From Candidatus Levyibacteriota bacterium (GTDB lineage Bacteria > Patescibacteriota > Microgenomatia > Levybacterales > UBA12049): a stretch of DNA of 64,000 bases. Made by a program: the position numbers and the translations under genes. Below, piece after piece: positions 10,187-20,883 of the stretch; within the stretch, counting starts at the first letter, position 1, and each line of letters begins with the position of its first letter. The notes beneath the pieces were generated by a model. The model did no database searches, had not been told where the DNA came from, and saw nothing but the letters and a program-made list of their open reading frames with translations. The DNA lies in contig DAIDHL010000003.1 of assembly GCA_027459745.1 (NCBI GenBank), positions 1,125 to 65,124 on the forward strand, in the 5' to 3' direction.

Positions 10187-10600
10187 ATGGCTGAAAGAAT
10201 TAAACGAAGTATGGGAATATTAACTTTATCCCAAGGTCAAAAATTAAAATACTACGAAGGATATTTTGGCGCAGATCCCAGAACCATTGATTTTAAAATA
10301 CGAATAGATCCACAATATAAAAGAAAATTAACAGCAGAAGTACTGATGGCGCTAAGACATGCGAAAAAGGGAAACTACATTCTTCGTGAACCTTGGATTA
10401 AGAGTGAGAATGATAATTTTAAAGATAATTCAGAATTACATATGGTATTTTATCCCAGAAACTCCGAATATGGGCAAAAAGTACTGGCTAATCGTAGTAG
10501 AAATAATTCAAGTAATTCTGCTCTACTTTATGGAGAAAAACTTTTTTCAAAAGAGGATATAGGTACTTCAGATGAGGCTGATTTGGTCTTCAGAAGATAG
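10187..10600 (+). CDS. Orphan hypothetical protein
   Basis: ORF; ATG start MAERIK chosen. Confidence 0.5.
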   Translation: MAERIKRSMGILTLSQGQKLKYYEGYFGADPRTIDFKIRIDPQYKRKLTAEVLMALRHAKKGNYILREPWIKSENDNFKDNSELHMVFYPRNSEYGQKVLANRSRNNSSNSALLYGEKLFSKEDIGTSDEADLVFRR

Positions 10601-10783
10601 TTATTTTCTTAAATTTCGTAGAATTTTTCAAAATATTCCAAGTCGAGAAAAATGTTTATTTTTGGATCTTTTCTCAATCGAACCTTTGAAAGAGTAACTA
10701 ACAAATTAAGCAAAATCAGGTTGGTTTTGTGTCAAAGATAATATTTTTAATCTAAAATCTATGAATTTACTGTACCAATATTC

Positions 10784-11377
10784 TTAAGGTGTGAGTGATA
10801 CTGTGGTTGAGATAGATTTTCCTTGCTCCATTGGAGCTGATACAACGATTGATTTACTGACTCCACTGCTAATTAACTCAACGTCATAACCTGTTTGATA
10901 ATGATATTGACAGGTATTTAGAGGCTGACCATTATAAATTTCTGGATCAACCGGAAATAGAGTTAAATACTTGGGTAATAAAATACTACATAAGTCCAGC
11001 CCACCAGTCTGAATTTGTTGATTAGAATTTGTTATCTGAGGAGGTAGCTGATGATTAGTATCATAATAAGCTTTAATTGCCTGAGCAATGGTATTCACAT
11101 CTGCTTGTCGCTGTTGAGTACTGGCAGTACTTGAAATGGAATTTTCTTGATTTTGTGTTTGAGAACTTTTGACTACTTTATTAAACAGAAAGCTTCCCAG
11201 CCATATCAGCAAAGCAAAAATTAATAAGACAACTAAGATAATCCCCACTACCTTAGCAGTTTTTTTGCCTACATTATTTATATTAATCCCTTCCGATTTA
11301 TTGACTACCGAAACATTGGGGCTTTGTGTTTGTTGTGTGGGTTCAGCAGTAGGCAAGGGAGGCAGTTGATCGTCCAT
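10784..11377 (-). CDS. Membrane-anchored pilin/GspG-like protein without prepilin cleavage site
   Basis: RQADVNTIAQAIKAYYD...LP, Cys pair, YLTLFPVDP; internal TM. Confidence 0.55.
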   Translation of the reverse strand: MDDQLPPLPTAEPTQQTQSPNVSVVNKSEGININNVGKKTAKVVGIILVVLLIFALLIWLGSFLFNKVVKSSQTQNQENSISSTASTQQRQADVNTIAQAIKAYYDTNHQLPPQITNSNQQIQTGGLDLCSILLPKYLTLFPVDPEIYNGQPLNTCQYHYQTGYDVELISSGVSKSIVVSAPMEQGKSISTTVSLTP

Positions 11378-11507
11378 ACATCTATGCTAAAGAGGTAAAC
11401 AATAAATGTCAAATAAAATTTATTATTAGTTGATTACTAATAACATTTAGACTTAACTTTTTCTATTAAAAAATGCCTGAACAAATTGAGATAAAAAAAA
11501 TATCGGG

Positions 11508-11580
11508 TGCCGAGACTCAGAGTCGAACTGAGATAGCGTGTTCTTCAGACACGTGCCTTGACCACCTTGGCTACCTCGGC
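11508..11580 (-). tRNA. tRNA-Phe(GAA)
   Basis: Cloverleaf; anticodon arm CGTGT-CTGAAGA-ACACG; GTTCGA T-loop. Confidence 0.93.
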
Positions 11581-11698
11581 ATTAAGTATTACAATAACAA
11601 AGTCTATTTTACCATTCATACCGCCTCTGTTCAAGCTAATAAATTAAAAAATTAAGCAAAATATAATTAAGGAGTGATATAATCTCATCTATTATCCT

Positions 11699-12637
11699 AT
11701 GATACTGACAGAATTGCGAGAAAGATCCCGAAGGATAAAATCACCCACAGAAGCAACCCCTCTTCAATTAAGTGCCTCCAAAGCAAAAACATATTTTGCC
11801 CAGGAAAAATTCTTAAACCAAAGTGCAGAAAAATTAGCTGGACTACGAAGATCATACAGCTCGGAATTTACCCAAGAATCTTTCTACCAAGGTTTAAAAG
11901 ATGCTTTGAATGGCAGCTTACCTACTGCTGAATGGGGAGAGCAAGGAGAAGTCATTTTCAGCTTCCTGGCAGCAAATAAGCAAGAAATGCAAGCTCGTGA
12001 AAACAATATCCATAAGAGTGCATATAAAATCAGTGGACCAGAGGCTTATTTCCTAACCAATAAAGTGATTTGGAAAATGCAGCACTCTGATGACTCCGAA
12101 AAGGTTAAGTTATTGGCCTTAAATGGGGGAGAGGACATTAATGTATTTGAGGAAACAAAAAAACTAAATACATCTTTTAAATTGAGTGCAATTGCGAGTC
12201 TGTCTTCACTAGTTTTAAACGCCGTCACAGGTATTGCAGGAGCATTCGGATCTATGGCCAGGGCAGAACCTAAAGAGATGGCCTTATATTTGTCGACAAG
12301 TTATGGTCTTAATTTGTTCTCCAATGTCATTTTGGCCAAATCACATAATGACTTACTAAATCAACCAGATATCGGTACTTGCTCAAATGTTTTTGCTAAA
12401 ATTTTTCACTCAATAAAGAAAGCCAGCTCACCCACGGACATCAAGGGTCTACAAAACGAAGTTATCAAGGGTACATTATATTCCAATATATTTACGGAAA
12501 CATTACCCCTACTGCTGGGAGCATTATCTCCAGCAGCTATATTTACTTCCAATCTAACTCAAACAGGATATAACTTCACATTAACTGGAATCAATAAGTT
12601 ATGGCTACATAAAAGTAGAACGAATCATTACAAATAA
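11699..12637 (+). CDS. Orphan membrane-associated hypothetical protein
   Basis: 312-aa ORF with hydrophobic segments. Confidence 0.6.
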   Translation: MILTELRERSRRIKSPTEATPLQLSASKAKTYFAQEKFLNQSAEKLAGLRRSYSSEFTQESFYQGLKDALNGSLPTAEWGEQGEVIFSFLAANKQEMQARENNIHKSAYKISGPEAYFLTNKVIWKMQHSDDSEKVKLLALNGGEDINVFEETKKLNTSFKLSAIASLSSLVLNAVTGIAGAFGSMARAEPKEMALYLSTSYGLNLFSNVILAKSHNDLLNQPDIGTCSNVFAKIFHSIKKASSPTDIKGLQNEVIKGTLYSNIFTETLPLLLGALSPAAIFTSNLTQTGYNFTLTGINKLWLHKSRTNHYK

Positions 12638-12685
12638 CCTTATAAATTTAACATACGACCATAAATGTTGTATTATAAATATGAG

Positions 12686-15028
12686 ATGTATGTTGGTTTA
12701 ACTTCTTCCGAAGTAGAAAAACTTCTAAAAGCAAACGGATTTAACGAAATACCAGAAAAGCATGTCAGCATTATTACGAAAGTATTAAAAAATATATTTT
12801 CTCCTATTGGCATAATGCTGATTTTAGCCTCGACACTGTCTTTTTTTCTTAACAAAACTTTTGACGGCTATTTTATTTTGATATTACTAGCCATCAATAT
12901 CGTCATCACACTTTGGCAGGAAAATAAAGCCGACAATGCAATAAAAAAACTAAATGAGAATCTGCAACAAAAGATTAAAACTTTTCGAGATAATAAATGG
13001 TCATATATTCAGTCTAGAGAACTAGTACCTGGAGATATTATTCAATTAGCATCAGGAGAAATAATACCTTCAGATGGCGTAACAATCGAAGCACAGCATG
13101 TTAGTGTAAATGAATCTGCACTAACTGGAGAATCATTACCAAAAGATAAAAAAGAGAATGATAAAGTATTTTCCGGATCATTTATCGCCAATGGAATTAT
13201 AGTTATTAAAGTAACAGCTACTGGAGCTAAAACAAATTTTGGCAAAACTATTTTTTCAGTTGAGAAAGTTAAGAAAAAAAGCTTATTAGAAAAGGATATA
13301 ATCAACATTTCCAAATTCTTGACGATATTAAGTCTATTAGCGGTTGTAATACTATCTATTATTTTCATATTTAAAAGAACCTCTATTCTCGAACTATTAA
13401 CCTTGGACTTAAGCTTAATTATCGCTGGGGTACCAATAAGTCTACCCACAGTTATGACTTTAATTATTGAGTTTGGGGTTTTGAATTTAGCTCAAAAAAA
13501 CGTGATTGTCAGAAGGCTGTCAGCTCTTGAAGATTTAGCCAATGTAAATTTTTTACTTACAGATAAAACCGGCACTTTGACACAAAATAAGATAACGGTT
13601 CAAGATATCTATGCATATGATGGTTTTACGCATAATGATGTTCTGACATTTGCTTCAATTATTGCTAGATTCGAAAGTGATAATCCCATAGACCAAGCAA
13701 TATTGGAAAGATATCACAATCTAAAACTCACAACACCCATTATTCAAAAAACAGATTTTATACCCGCCGACTCAAAACGTAAACGAAGTACCCTTTTCTC
13801 GAAACAAGAAGGGCATGATTTGGTATTTTGTTTAGGAGCTCCACAGGTAGTGGCAAGTTTTTGTAGATTAGATGCTAACACGTCTGAGAAATTTAACAGA
13901 GAAGTTCAAACTCTTGCTAATAATGGATATCGCACTTTAGCATTAGCTAAAGGTCAAGGGACAACCGAAGAAAATCTGCAATTAGTAGGCTTAATTGCAC
14001 TCTCTGATACACTCAGAGATGATGCGAAATCTGTGGTAAACTTCCTGAAAAAGAACGGCATTGGTGTGGCAATGGTGACCGGAGATAATAGAGCAATTGC
14101 CTCCCAAATAGCCAAAGAACTTGATCTGTCGGAAAATGGCATAATTACCAAAGAATATCTTACTAAAAATAAATGGGGGAATTTAAACGCGAAATTCTTT
14201 CAAAATACATCAGCGTTCGCAGAAATATTACCTGAGGATAAATTCCATCTGGTACAAAAAGCTAAAGAGTTTTTTACCGTTGCGTCAAATGGTGATGGAG
14301 TAAATGATTTACCAGCAGTGAAGGCAGCAAACGTAGGAATAGCGGTAAAAAATGCTGTAACAGCATTAAAATCTACAGCTGATATTGTTTTATTATCCAA
14401 TGGAATAAGCGTTATCAAAGATGCAATTATTGAAAGTCGCAAAATTTTTGAGAGAATCTACACTTATTCTCTCTATAGGATTTCTGAAAGTCTAAGATTA
14501 ATCCTAACAATTGCAATCCTTGGGATAATATTCGGTGCTTATCCTATGACAGCATTGCAAATAATACTATTAGCATTACTTAACGACATTCCGATCATTT
14601 CCCTTGCTTCAGATAGAGTCCAAATTACATTAAGTCCAGCTAAAATTAATATTAAACTTCGCTATCTTCTCAGCTCAACCTATGGCTTCATTGGAGTAGT
14701 TGAAAGTTTGATATTATTTTTAGTGATGAATAATCTCCTACATTTACCATGGTCGGTGATACAAACTATGTATTTTCTAAAACTTACAGTATCGGGACAT
14801 ATGTTAATATATGTGGCCCATACTAAAGAAAGATGGTGGAAATTTTTACCCAGCAAGCAGGTAATTTGGGCCACTTCATTGACCCAGCTATTTGCGACTA
14901 TATTAACTTTCATAGGCTTTTTGATGCCAAGTAAATTAATGTTATGGGAAATTGCGTTGGTTTGGGGATGGGCGTTTATCTGGACCCAATTTAATGAAAT
15001 CGCCAAGGCCATTATTCTAAAAAAATAG
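12686..15028 (+). CDS. Plasma-membrane proton-efflux P-type ATPase (P3A-like)
   Basis: TGES, DKTGTLT, MVTGD, GDGVND, ALLND TM6 motif typical of P3A. Confidence 0.85.
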   Translation: MYVGLTSSEVEKLLKANGFNEIPEKHVSIITKVLKNIFSPIGIMLILASTLSFFLNKTFDGYFILILLAINIVITLWQENKADNAIKKLNENLQQKIKTFRDNKWSYIQSRELVPGDIIQLASGEIIPSDGVTIEAQHVSVNESALTGESLPKDKKENDKVFSGSFIANGIIVIKVTATGAKTNFGKTIFSVEKVKKKSLLEKDIINISKFLTILSLLAVVILSIIFIFKRTSILELLTLDLSLIIAGVPISLPTVMTLIIEFGVLNLAQKNVIVRRLSALEDLANVNFLLTDKTGTLTQNKITVQDIYAYDGFTHNDVLTFASIIARFESDNPIDQAILERYHNLKLTTPIIQKTDFIPADSKRKRSTLFSKQEGHDLVFCLGAPQVVASFCRLDANTSEKFNREVQTLANNGYRTLALAKGQGTTEENLQLVGLIALSDTLRDDAKSVVNFLKKNGIGVAMVTGDNRAIASQIAKELDLSENGIITKEYLTKNKWGNLNAKFFQNTSAFAEILPEDKFHLVQKAKEFFTVASNGDGVNDLPAVKAANVGIAVKNAVTALKSTADIVLLSNGISVIKDAIIESRKIFERIYTYSLYRISESLRLILTIAILGIIFGAYPMTALQIILLALLNDIPIISLASDRVQITLSPAKINIKLRYLLSSTYGFIGVVESLILFLVMNNLLHLPWSVIQTMYFLKLTVSGHMLIYVAHTKERWWKFLPSKQVIWATSLTQLFATILTFIGFLMPSKLMLWEIALVWGWAFIWTQFNEIAKAIILKK

Positions 15029-15066
15029 TATAAAATTGAATAATAATCAGTAATACCTGATTTTTT

Positions 15067-16251
15067 TTATTCCTTGTGAGTCAGATCCGCTATCATTAAG
15101 ATAAGCGTAGCCATTAAAGCTGCAGCAAATGCATAAAAATAGGAGTAAAACTGGCTAAAAGAAAATAGTAATCCCATGATAAGATTGGATAAAAATTGCC
15201 CTATACTCCTTGAAACAGATAACCAACCCATACCTGAGGATAGATTAGTAGAACGAACCAGCTGGGATGTAGCTGTTGGCTCATAGGTTTCCACTGCACC
15301 CATTCCTAGCCCTAATCCAGCGATAAAAATATAGAATGCAAATGTCGTATAGTGAAATAGTATACTTAAGCCAATCAGAAGTGATGCTAAGGCTGAGGGA
15401 ACATAACCCAACGACCAAAGCGCACGAATTGGTGTCAAATTTTGCGCTCCTAGCACATATCCGCTTATCGCTGATACACCCAGATAAATGCCATAAGTTA
15501 GAATTCCTAGAACATAATTGTAGTTATGTGACAAGGCAGCTGTCAAAATCGGGAAACCGAGATTATAGAAGCTAAAACCATAGAATGTAGCAGAAACTAA
15601 TAGTGCGATAAACAAGACATTATTCCGTTTCTCTTTTTGAACTGAAGCTTTAACCTTCTCTTTTGCAACAGTAATATAGTTTTTATTTCGCTTAACTAGA
15701 ATTAATAATAGAGTTGAGATTAACAATGGAATAGCAGAAAGTAAAATTATTAAACTAATTGAAAAATGGAAAACGATGACTAAAAGTAGTGCTATCGCAA
15801 TAGATATCATTCCTCCTCCTATATCCAAAGCATGTAACAAACCAAAAACATTCGAACGGTAATTTGGATCAGAAACGTTAACCAGTAAAGCCCGACGAGC
15901 TGGAGAACGAAAATATCTAGCCCACCAACCCAGAATAAATAAAATACCACTTAACCACAAAATATGAGTAAGCGCACTTAAAGACATAAGAGGAATAAAA
16001 ATATTGCCCATGATAGCAATGGTTTTTTTATCGATCCTATCTCCTAGCTTTCCTCCCAAATAAGCGAAAAATGAACCTATGCCAAAACTAAGCGCAGTAA
16101 TGATGCCATACACAAATACTGGTTGATGAAGTTGAATCACCAGAAAAAGAGGAAATAAGGCTGTAACACCTTGATATCCCATATCCGCAAAAAAAGCGGA
16201 GAAACAAATCAACAGTATATCTTTAGTAATAAATGTTTTTTTCATATCCAT
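15067..16251 (-). CDS. MFS transporter
   Basis: 12 TM, GKLGDRIDKK motif A. Confidence 0.85.
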   Translation of the reverse strand: MDMKKTFITKDILLICFSAFFADMGYQGVTALFPLFLVIQLHQPVFVYGIITALSFGIGSFFAYLGGKLGDRIDKKTIAIMGNIFIPLMSLSALTHILWLSGILFILGWWARYFRSPARRALLVNVSDPNYRSNVFGLLHALDIGGGMISIAIALLLVIVFHFSISLIILLSAIPLLISTLLLILVKRNKNYITVAKEKVKASVQKEKRNNVLFIALLVSATFYGFSFYNLGFPILTAALSHNYNYVLGILTYGIYLGVSAISGYVLGAQNLTPIRALWSLGYVPSALASLLIGLSILFHYTTFAFYIFIAGLGLGMGAVETYEPTATSQLVRSTNLSSGMGWLSVSRSIGQFLSNLIMGLLFSFSQFYSYFYAFAAALMATLILMIADLTHKE

Positions 16252-16390
16252 AAATAGACGATTTCTCTAGTATATCAATAAATTTTATAGTAAAGTATGA
16301 TTTTTGAATGAATTTATTAATAAAATCCTCAAAAAATATCATATTTTGTTATACCTCAATGTTACCCTCGCTTTCTGATATAATTTCTTA

Positions 16391-17368
16391 ATGGATCTGG
16401 ATAGAAACATAATAAACCAGAATAGAGAGAAAGTTGCAAATTTACTCAAAATTTATGGGGAGGATACCTTATCATATTTTCACCTTCAGGAAGATAGGAA
16501 CTATTTCTTTTCCCCATCAGGTAAATCATTTTTGTCATTTAAAACTTTAAATGGAGTAGCTATAGTTGCATCTGATCCAGTAGGTGAAGTATCTGAGTTT
16601 AGTACATTAATTTCTTCGTTTTTAGCTTATACAAGGAGTTGGAAAATAAAGCCTTGTTTTATTAGTTTAAGCTCCAATTACCTTAAAATATTACAAACAC
16701 ACGGTTTCAAAACCTCTAAAATCGGTGAGGAAGCAATTATTAATTTAGATACATTTGAGCTACAGTCATTAAAGAAAAAAGTAAGACGGGCAGTTAAACA
16801 TATTGAGTCATTAGATATAGAAATATTCTTTTATTCTCCTAAAAACCTTCCTAACTTTATAAAATTACAGATTGAAGACATATCGAACAATTGGCTCAAA
16901 AAAAACGGCCGTAAAGAAAGAGGATTTTCGATGACGCTAAGAAGGTTGCCCAATGAATTTGATACAGATTGTGTGTTTGCCGTAGCAGTTAATGATGCCA
17001 AAGTTGAAGGATATCTTTGTTTTGTACCAGTATATAAATACTCTATGCTATCTTTAGATCATGCTAGAAGAAAAGATAATGCACCAAATGGACTTAATGA
17101 ATTTTTGATCATTAAATCTGCCGAATATTTTAAATCTAAAGGTATAAAAAAGATAAGTCTTAATTTTGCAATCTTTTCAAATATTTTAGCAGAGAAGTCT
17201 ATTCTCTTAGCCAATCTTAATAGTATTCTAGAAAGATTATATAAAAGTCACACCCTCAGAACTTTTAACGAAAAATTTGCTCCTACTTGGGAAACAAGAT
17301 ACGTAGCATTCGCGAGTCTAAGACATATGCCACTTTATTTATTAGCTATTTTGCGGGCAGAAAGATAA
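16391..17368 (+). CDS. Stand-alone MprF/LPG synthase C-terminal domain (aminoacyl-phosphatidylglycerol synthase, DUF2156)
   Basis: SDPVG, KIGEEA, ERGFSM, LDHARR...NGLNEFL, FNEKFAPTWETRY. Confidence 0.85.
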   Translation: MDLDRNIINQNREKVANLLKIYGEDTLSYFHLQEDRNYFFSPSGKSFLSFKTLNGVAIVASDPVGEVSEFSTLISSFLAYTRSWKIKPCFISLSSNYLKILQTHGFKTSKIGEEAIINLDTFELQSLKKKVRRAVKHIESLDIEIFFYSPKNLPNFIKLQIEDISNNWLKKNGRKERGFSMTLRRLPNEFDTDCVFAVAVNDAKVEGYLCFVPVYKYSMLSLDHARRKDNAPNGLNEFLIIKSAEYFKSKGIKKISLNFAIFSNILAEKSILLANLNSILERLYKSHTLRTFNEKFAPTWETRYVAFASLRHMPLYLLAILRAER

Positions 17369-17414
17369 ACAAACCAAAAACCAAGAAGTATACTACTCAA
17401 TAAGTCCAGATATG

Positions 17415-17487
17415 TGGACGATAAGGGACTCGAACCCCTGACATCTTCAGTGTAAATGAAGCGCTCTACCAACTGAGCTAATCGTCC
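17415..17487 (-). tRNA. tRNA-Val(TAC)
   Basis: Cloverleaf; CTTCA-TTTACAC-TGAAG. Confidence 0.95.
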
Positions 17488-17536
17488 GCTCTTATGAATT
17501 ATAGATTATTTACCACGCACGATCAAGAAGTCGAAA

Positions 17537-18667
17537 CTACTGGTAGTAAATTGTCTGAGGATAAAAGGCTGACCAGGAATACCAATAAGCTGATTCATAT
17601 GCAGGAGTAGATAAATGAGCACCTTGCATCGACCCACTGATAGCCAAGCCGGTTAAATCCCAGGTGGAGCCAGTTTGCTTATCGTGGAGATACTGTCCAT
17701 CAAAACTAAAACTCAAATCTCTACCATTTAAATAACTACGAAACATTCTCTGATCACCAAAAAAAGGATCATTAACAATGATTAAATGCCAACCGGCTAC
17801 ATCATCAGCAATCAAACCATGTTTGACAACTTCATCAGAGGGATAGAATTTGGCTACATTATGAATAAAAACTCCATAACCAAATCGACCAGGTGCAAAA
17901 CGTGAATCAGGCTTTTGCTGCATCATCGATGTCAAACCAATATTCACCCGGACATCCTGGTTATTCTCACCCTCATTTTGCCGATATACTCCCACATCCT
18001 CTACGGGTTTGAGCACCTTTAAATTACTGAGATTTTTAATTTTGTTCCAGGTAGTATTCTCTACCACCATGACCTGATGTAAACGTTGACCTTTTAATTT
18101 TCCTGCGAAAGATACACCTGTCAACTCATTCCAGTAGGAATTAGTCAATTTGTCATACATTACCTGATTGCCGTACATCAAAGGTCCTAGTGACTGAAAA
18201 GAATCCACTTGTCCCTGCAATTTTCGCTCATAGGCTAGGGGGGTATTAGATAAAATACAATAAGTGATAGCAACTGGCTGTCCATTAATCACCTGATTCA
18301 CTACTTCATGAAATCTCACTATCATTTGGGGATAGACAAAAATAGTCTGCTTAGTACGAATAAAATAAACTAAATCTGTGGACTTAAGGAACTTATCAGC
18401 CTGTTCCGGCAAAACAAATTCAGGATTTGAAATATCCATGAACATTTCTTTATCGATACTTCCCCAAAGCTGGCTCAAAGGCCTTATTTCGCTTGAGGAT
18501 GAGATAAACTGTGGCTCATTTTCCAAACTGATTAACTTATATTCTTGATATAAAACATAAATACCGGTAAGAACCAGTACCAGAGCAAAAAGGAAGACAA
18601 AGCTCCAAATATAATTAAAACGAAGCTTAACCGATTTAATTCGCTTCTTTTTTTGGCTATTCATCAA
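17537..18667 (-). CDS. DUF3179-like membrane-anchored protein
   Basis: HEVVN...TYC, N.VMYD..T.SYW, YWYSWSAFYP. Confidence 0.75.
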   Translation of the reverse strand: MMNSQKKKRIKSVKLRFNYIWSFVFLFALVLVLTGIYVLYQEYKLISLENEPQFISSSSEIRPLSQLWGSIDKEMFMDISNPEFVLPEQADKFLKSTDLVYFIRTKQTIFVYPQMIVRFHEVVNQVINGQPVAITYCILSNTPLAYERKLQGQVDSFQSLGPLMYGNQVMYDKLTNSYWNELTGVSFAGKLKGQRLHQVMVVENTTWNKIKNLSNLKVLKPVEDVGVYRQNEGENNQDVRVNIGLTSMMQQKPDSRFAPGRFGYGVFIHNVAKFYPSDEVVKHGLIADDVAGWHLIIVNDPFFGDQRMFRSYLNGRDLSFSFDGQYLHDKQTGSTWDLTGLAISGSMQGAHLSTPAYESAYWYSWSAFYPQTIYYQ

Positions 18668-18868
18668 TTAATATTGTAATCGTCTTTTAGTCGAAGAAGT
18701 GTGATCTAGATTACAGTTAAATAAAACAATAAATTCTTTTTCTTTCAGGCTAATTCCGGGTTGTTAGAGACTTCATATTATATGAGTTCTGAAAATTTGC
18801 AATTACAATGCATTTAAAACACCCGATCAAGAAATAACCCTAGATTCACCTCACGTTATTCTTCTAAC

Positions 18869-18992
18869 CTTGACAAAATAGTTGAAATGGGCATCATGCA
18901 AAGTCCTGTGCTGGCTGTGAATGGCAAACCTGTAATGGTTGGATTTACACCCGATAAAGAAACAGTGAAGGCAAAATTACTGGAAGCGATAC
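18869..18992 (+). pseudogene. 3' remnant of a small thioredoxin-like redox-active disulfide protein
   Basis: LDKIVEMGIMQSPVLAVNGKPVMVG; in-frame stop at 18815 upstream, no CxxC N-terminus. Confidence 0.6.
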
Positions 18993-19154
18993 ATATTAGC
19001 CATAGGAATAATATTCACCGGATATCTATTTAATATGATATTAAACTGACCACTTTTAAACTCTATTAAATTTGCTTGAAAGAAAATAGACCCCTTGTCT
19101 GTATTACTAGTAGATACCAACTATTACACATAAATTGAAAGGAGGTGAATACAT

Positions 19155-19526
19155 ATGAACAAAACATCTATACTTCTTGGATTGTCTGCTCTCGTTATCG
19201 GAGGAGCAGCATTTATTCCACAAAGCGTACTTGCCTATAGAGGTGACCCAACTGTTAAAGGTCCCAACTATACCCAAGAACGACATACAGCGATGGAAAA
19301 AGCATTTGAGAATAAAGATTACAATGCCTGGAAAACGCTTATGGCAGGACGAGGTAGAGTATCTCAAGTTATTAATGAGCAAAACTTTGCCCAATTTTCC
19401 CAAGCCCACGTTTTAATGGAGCAAGGCAAAACTGCTGAGGCAAATAAAATACTTGCACAACTCGGACTAGGTCTGCACGATGGGAGCGGAATGAATCAGG
19501 TGGGTTATGGAAGAATGAACCATTAA
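19155..19526 (+). CDS. Secreted hypothetical protein
   Basis: Signal peptide, strong SD AAGGAGGTGA. Confidence 0.75.
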   Translation: MNKTSILLGLSALVIGGAAFIPQSVLAYRGDPTVKGPNYTQERHTAMEKAFENKDYNAWKTLMAGRGRVSQVINEQNFAQFSQAHVLMEQGKTAEANKILAQLGLGLHDGSGMNQVGYGRMNH

Positions 19527-19643
19527 CCTTTTTTATATACATAAGCTGATACCTCACTTATATACCATGAGTGGGGTTTCAGCAGTTTATAATGTATGCA
19601 TATATGTACCATCATGCAACCATATATACTAAATTAAATAGTT

Positions 19644-20186
19644 ATGAACGATATATCCAACTTGTCAGACGAAGAAGTGATCGCCATAGTCAGAAGTCAA
19701 GACAAGGAAGCATATGCTGAAATTATCAGACGATATCAGGCAAAACTTATACGGTATGCTCATTACATACTTGGAGATGAACAAATGGGAGCAGATGCAG
19801 TACAGGAAGGATTTATCAAAGCCTATATCAATCTCCAGGGATTTGATACAAAAAAGAAATTTTCCAGTTGGATCTATCGCATCGTCCATAATGAAGCGAT
19901 GAACGTACTGAGCAAACATAAGAAACAACGACCCATGGATAATCAGGTTGAGTTGGCTAGCGGAGTCAATTTAGAGGATGAATTTATTAAAAACGAACTC
20001 GTTAATCATGCACATCAGTGTCTTGAGCAAATGCCGATCATTTATAAAGAGCCGTTGTCACTTTTTTATTTAGAAGAAAAATCATATGAAGAGATTAGCG
20101 ATATATTACGAATACCTATAGGTACGGTTGGCACACGAATCAACCGAGCTCGGGGAATCATGAAAAAACTATGTCAAAAACACTAA
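19644..20186 (+). CDS. ECF RNA polymerase sigma factor
   Basis: DAVQEGFIKAY, FSSWIYRI, SYEEISDIL..PIGTV. Confidence 0.92.
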   Translation: MNDISNLSDEEVIAIVRSQDKEAYAEIIRRYQAKLIRYAHYILGDEQMGADAVQEGFIKAYINLQGFDTKKKFSSWIYRIVHNEAMNVLSKHKKQRPMDNQVELASGVNLEDEFIKNELVNHAHQCLEQMPIIYKEPLSLFYLEEKSYEEISDILRIPIGTVGTRINRARGIMKKLCQKH

Positions 20187-20701
20187 AAACATCAACTGAT
20201 TTGGAAAAGATTATCATGGCTAAAGTAAAATCTAATGAGATTGCCATGAAACCAAAGTGGTATTTTGTTGTAGGGTCACTAATCGCAATTGCTGGACTGG
20301 TAGGTTTGAGCATCTTAGCGGTTTTCTTAACCAACTTAACATTTTTTTTACTCTTCAGACACGGACCAATGGTGCAGTGGAGATTGCAACAATTAGTAAC
20401 TAGTTTTCCCTTGTGGATTCCGATTCTTGCGGTGTTGGGTATCGTAATGGGAATATGGATACTGCGAAAATACGAATTCTCTTACAAGAAAAACTTTGGG
20501 CTTATTATTATTGGGTTTATCTTCTCAGTGATCATTGCAGCTATCGTTATTGACCAACTCGGTTTAAATGATATTTGGTCTCATCAAGGCCCAATGAGAC
20601 AGTTCTATCAACAAGTTGAAGGCAAAAATCCAACTTTGCAACGAGGAGCAGGACAGGGGAAAGGACAATTACAAAATAGGTTTTACCAACAAGGTCAATA
20701 A
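20171..20701 (+). CDS. Membrane protein, putative anti-sigma factor
   Basis: 3 TM; overlaps the sigma gene. Confidence 0.6.
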   Translation: MSKTLKTSTDLEKIIMAKVKSNEIAMKPKWYFVVGSLIAIAGLVGLSILAVFLTNLTFFLLFRHGPMVQWRLQQLVTSFPLWIPILAVLGIVMGIWILRKYEFSYKKNFGLIIIGFIFSVIIAAIVIDQLGLNDIWSHQGPMRQFYQQVEGKNPTLQRGAGQGKGQLQNRFYQQGQ

Positions 20702-20740
20702 TTTCAAATTACGTAACCGCCCAGGAGTTTCCAAAGAAAA

Positions 20741-20828
20741 CGTCATTGCGAGCAAAGTCTCGCTGAGCGGGACGTAGCGAAGCAATCTACTGCAAAAGAT
20801 CGCCACGCCTTTCGGACTCGCGATGACG
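20741..20828. repeat. Palindromic REP/RPE-like element (copy A)
   Basis: CGTCATTGCGAG...GCGAAGCAATCT...AGATCGCCACG...CTCGCGATGACG inverted ends. Confidence 0.75.
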
Positions 20829-20883
20829 TGGTTTTACCAAATTGACCCCTTGACAACATATTAGCATATGCTAATATATCTTT

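Noticed and set aside
11473-11655. 60-aa ORF; likewise 27604..27957
   Set aside because: Shadow ORFs overlapping tRNA genes
9204-12637. Prophage
   Set aside because: Only one phage-like gene; no integrase, terminase or structural genes
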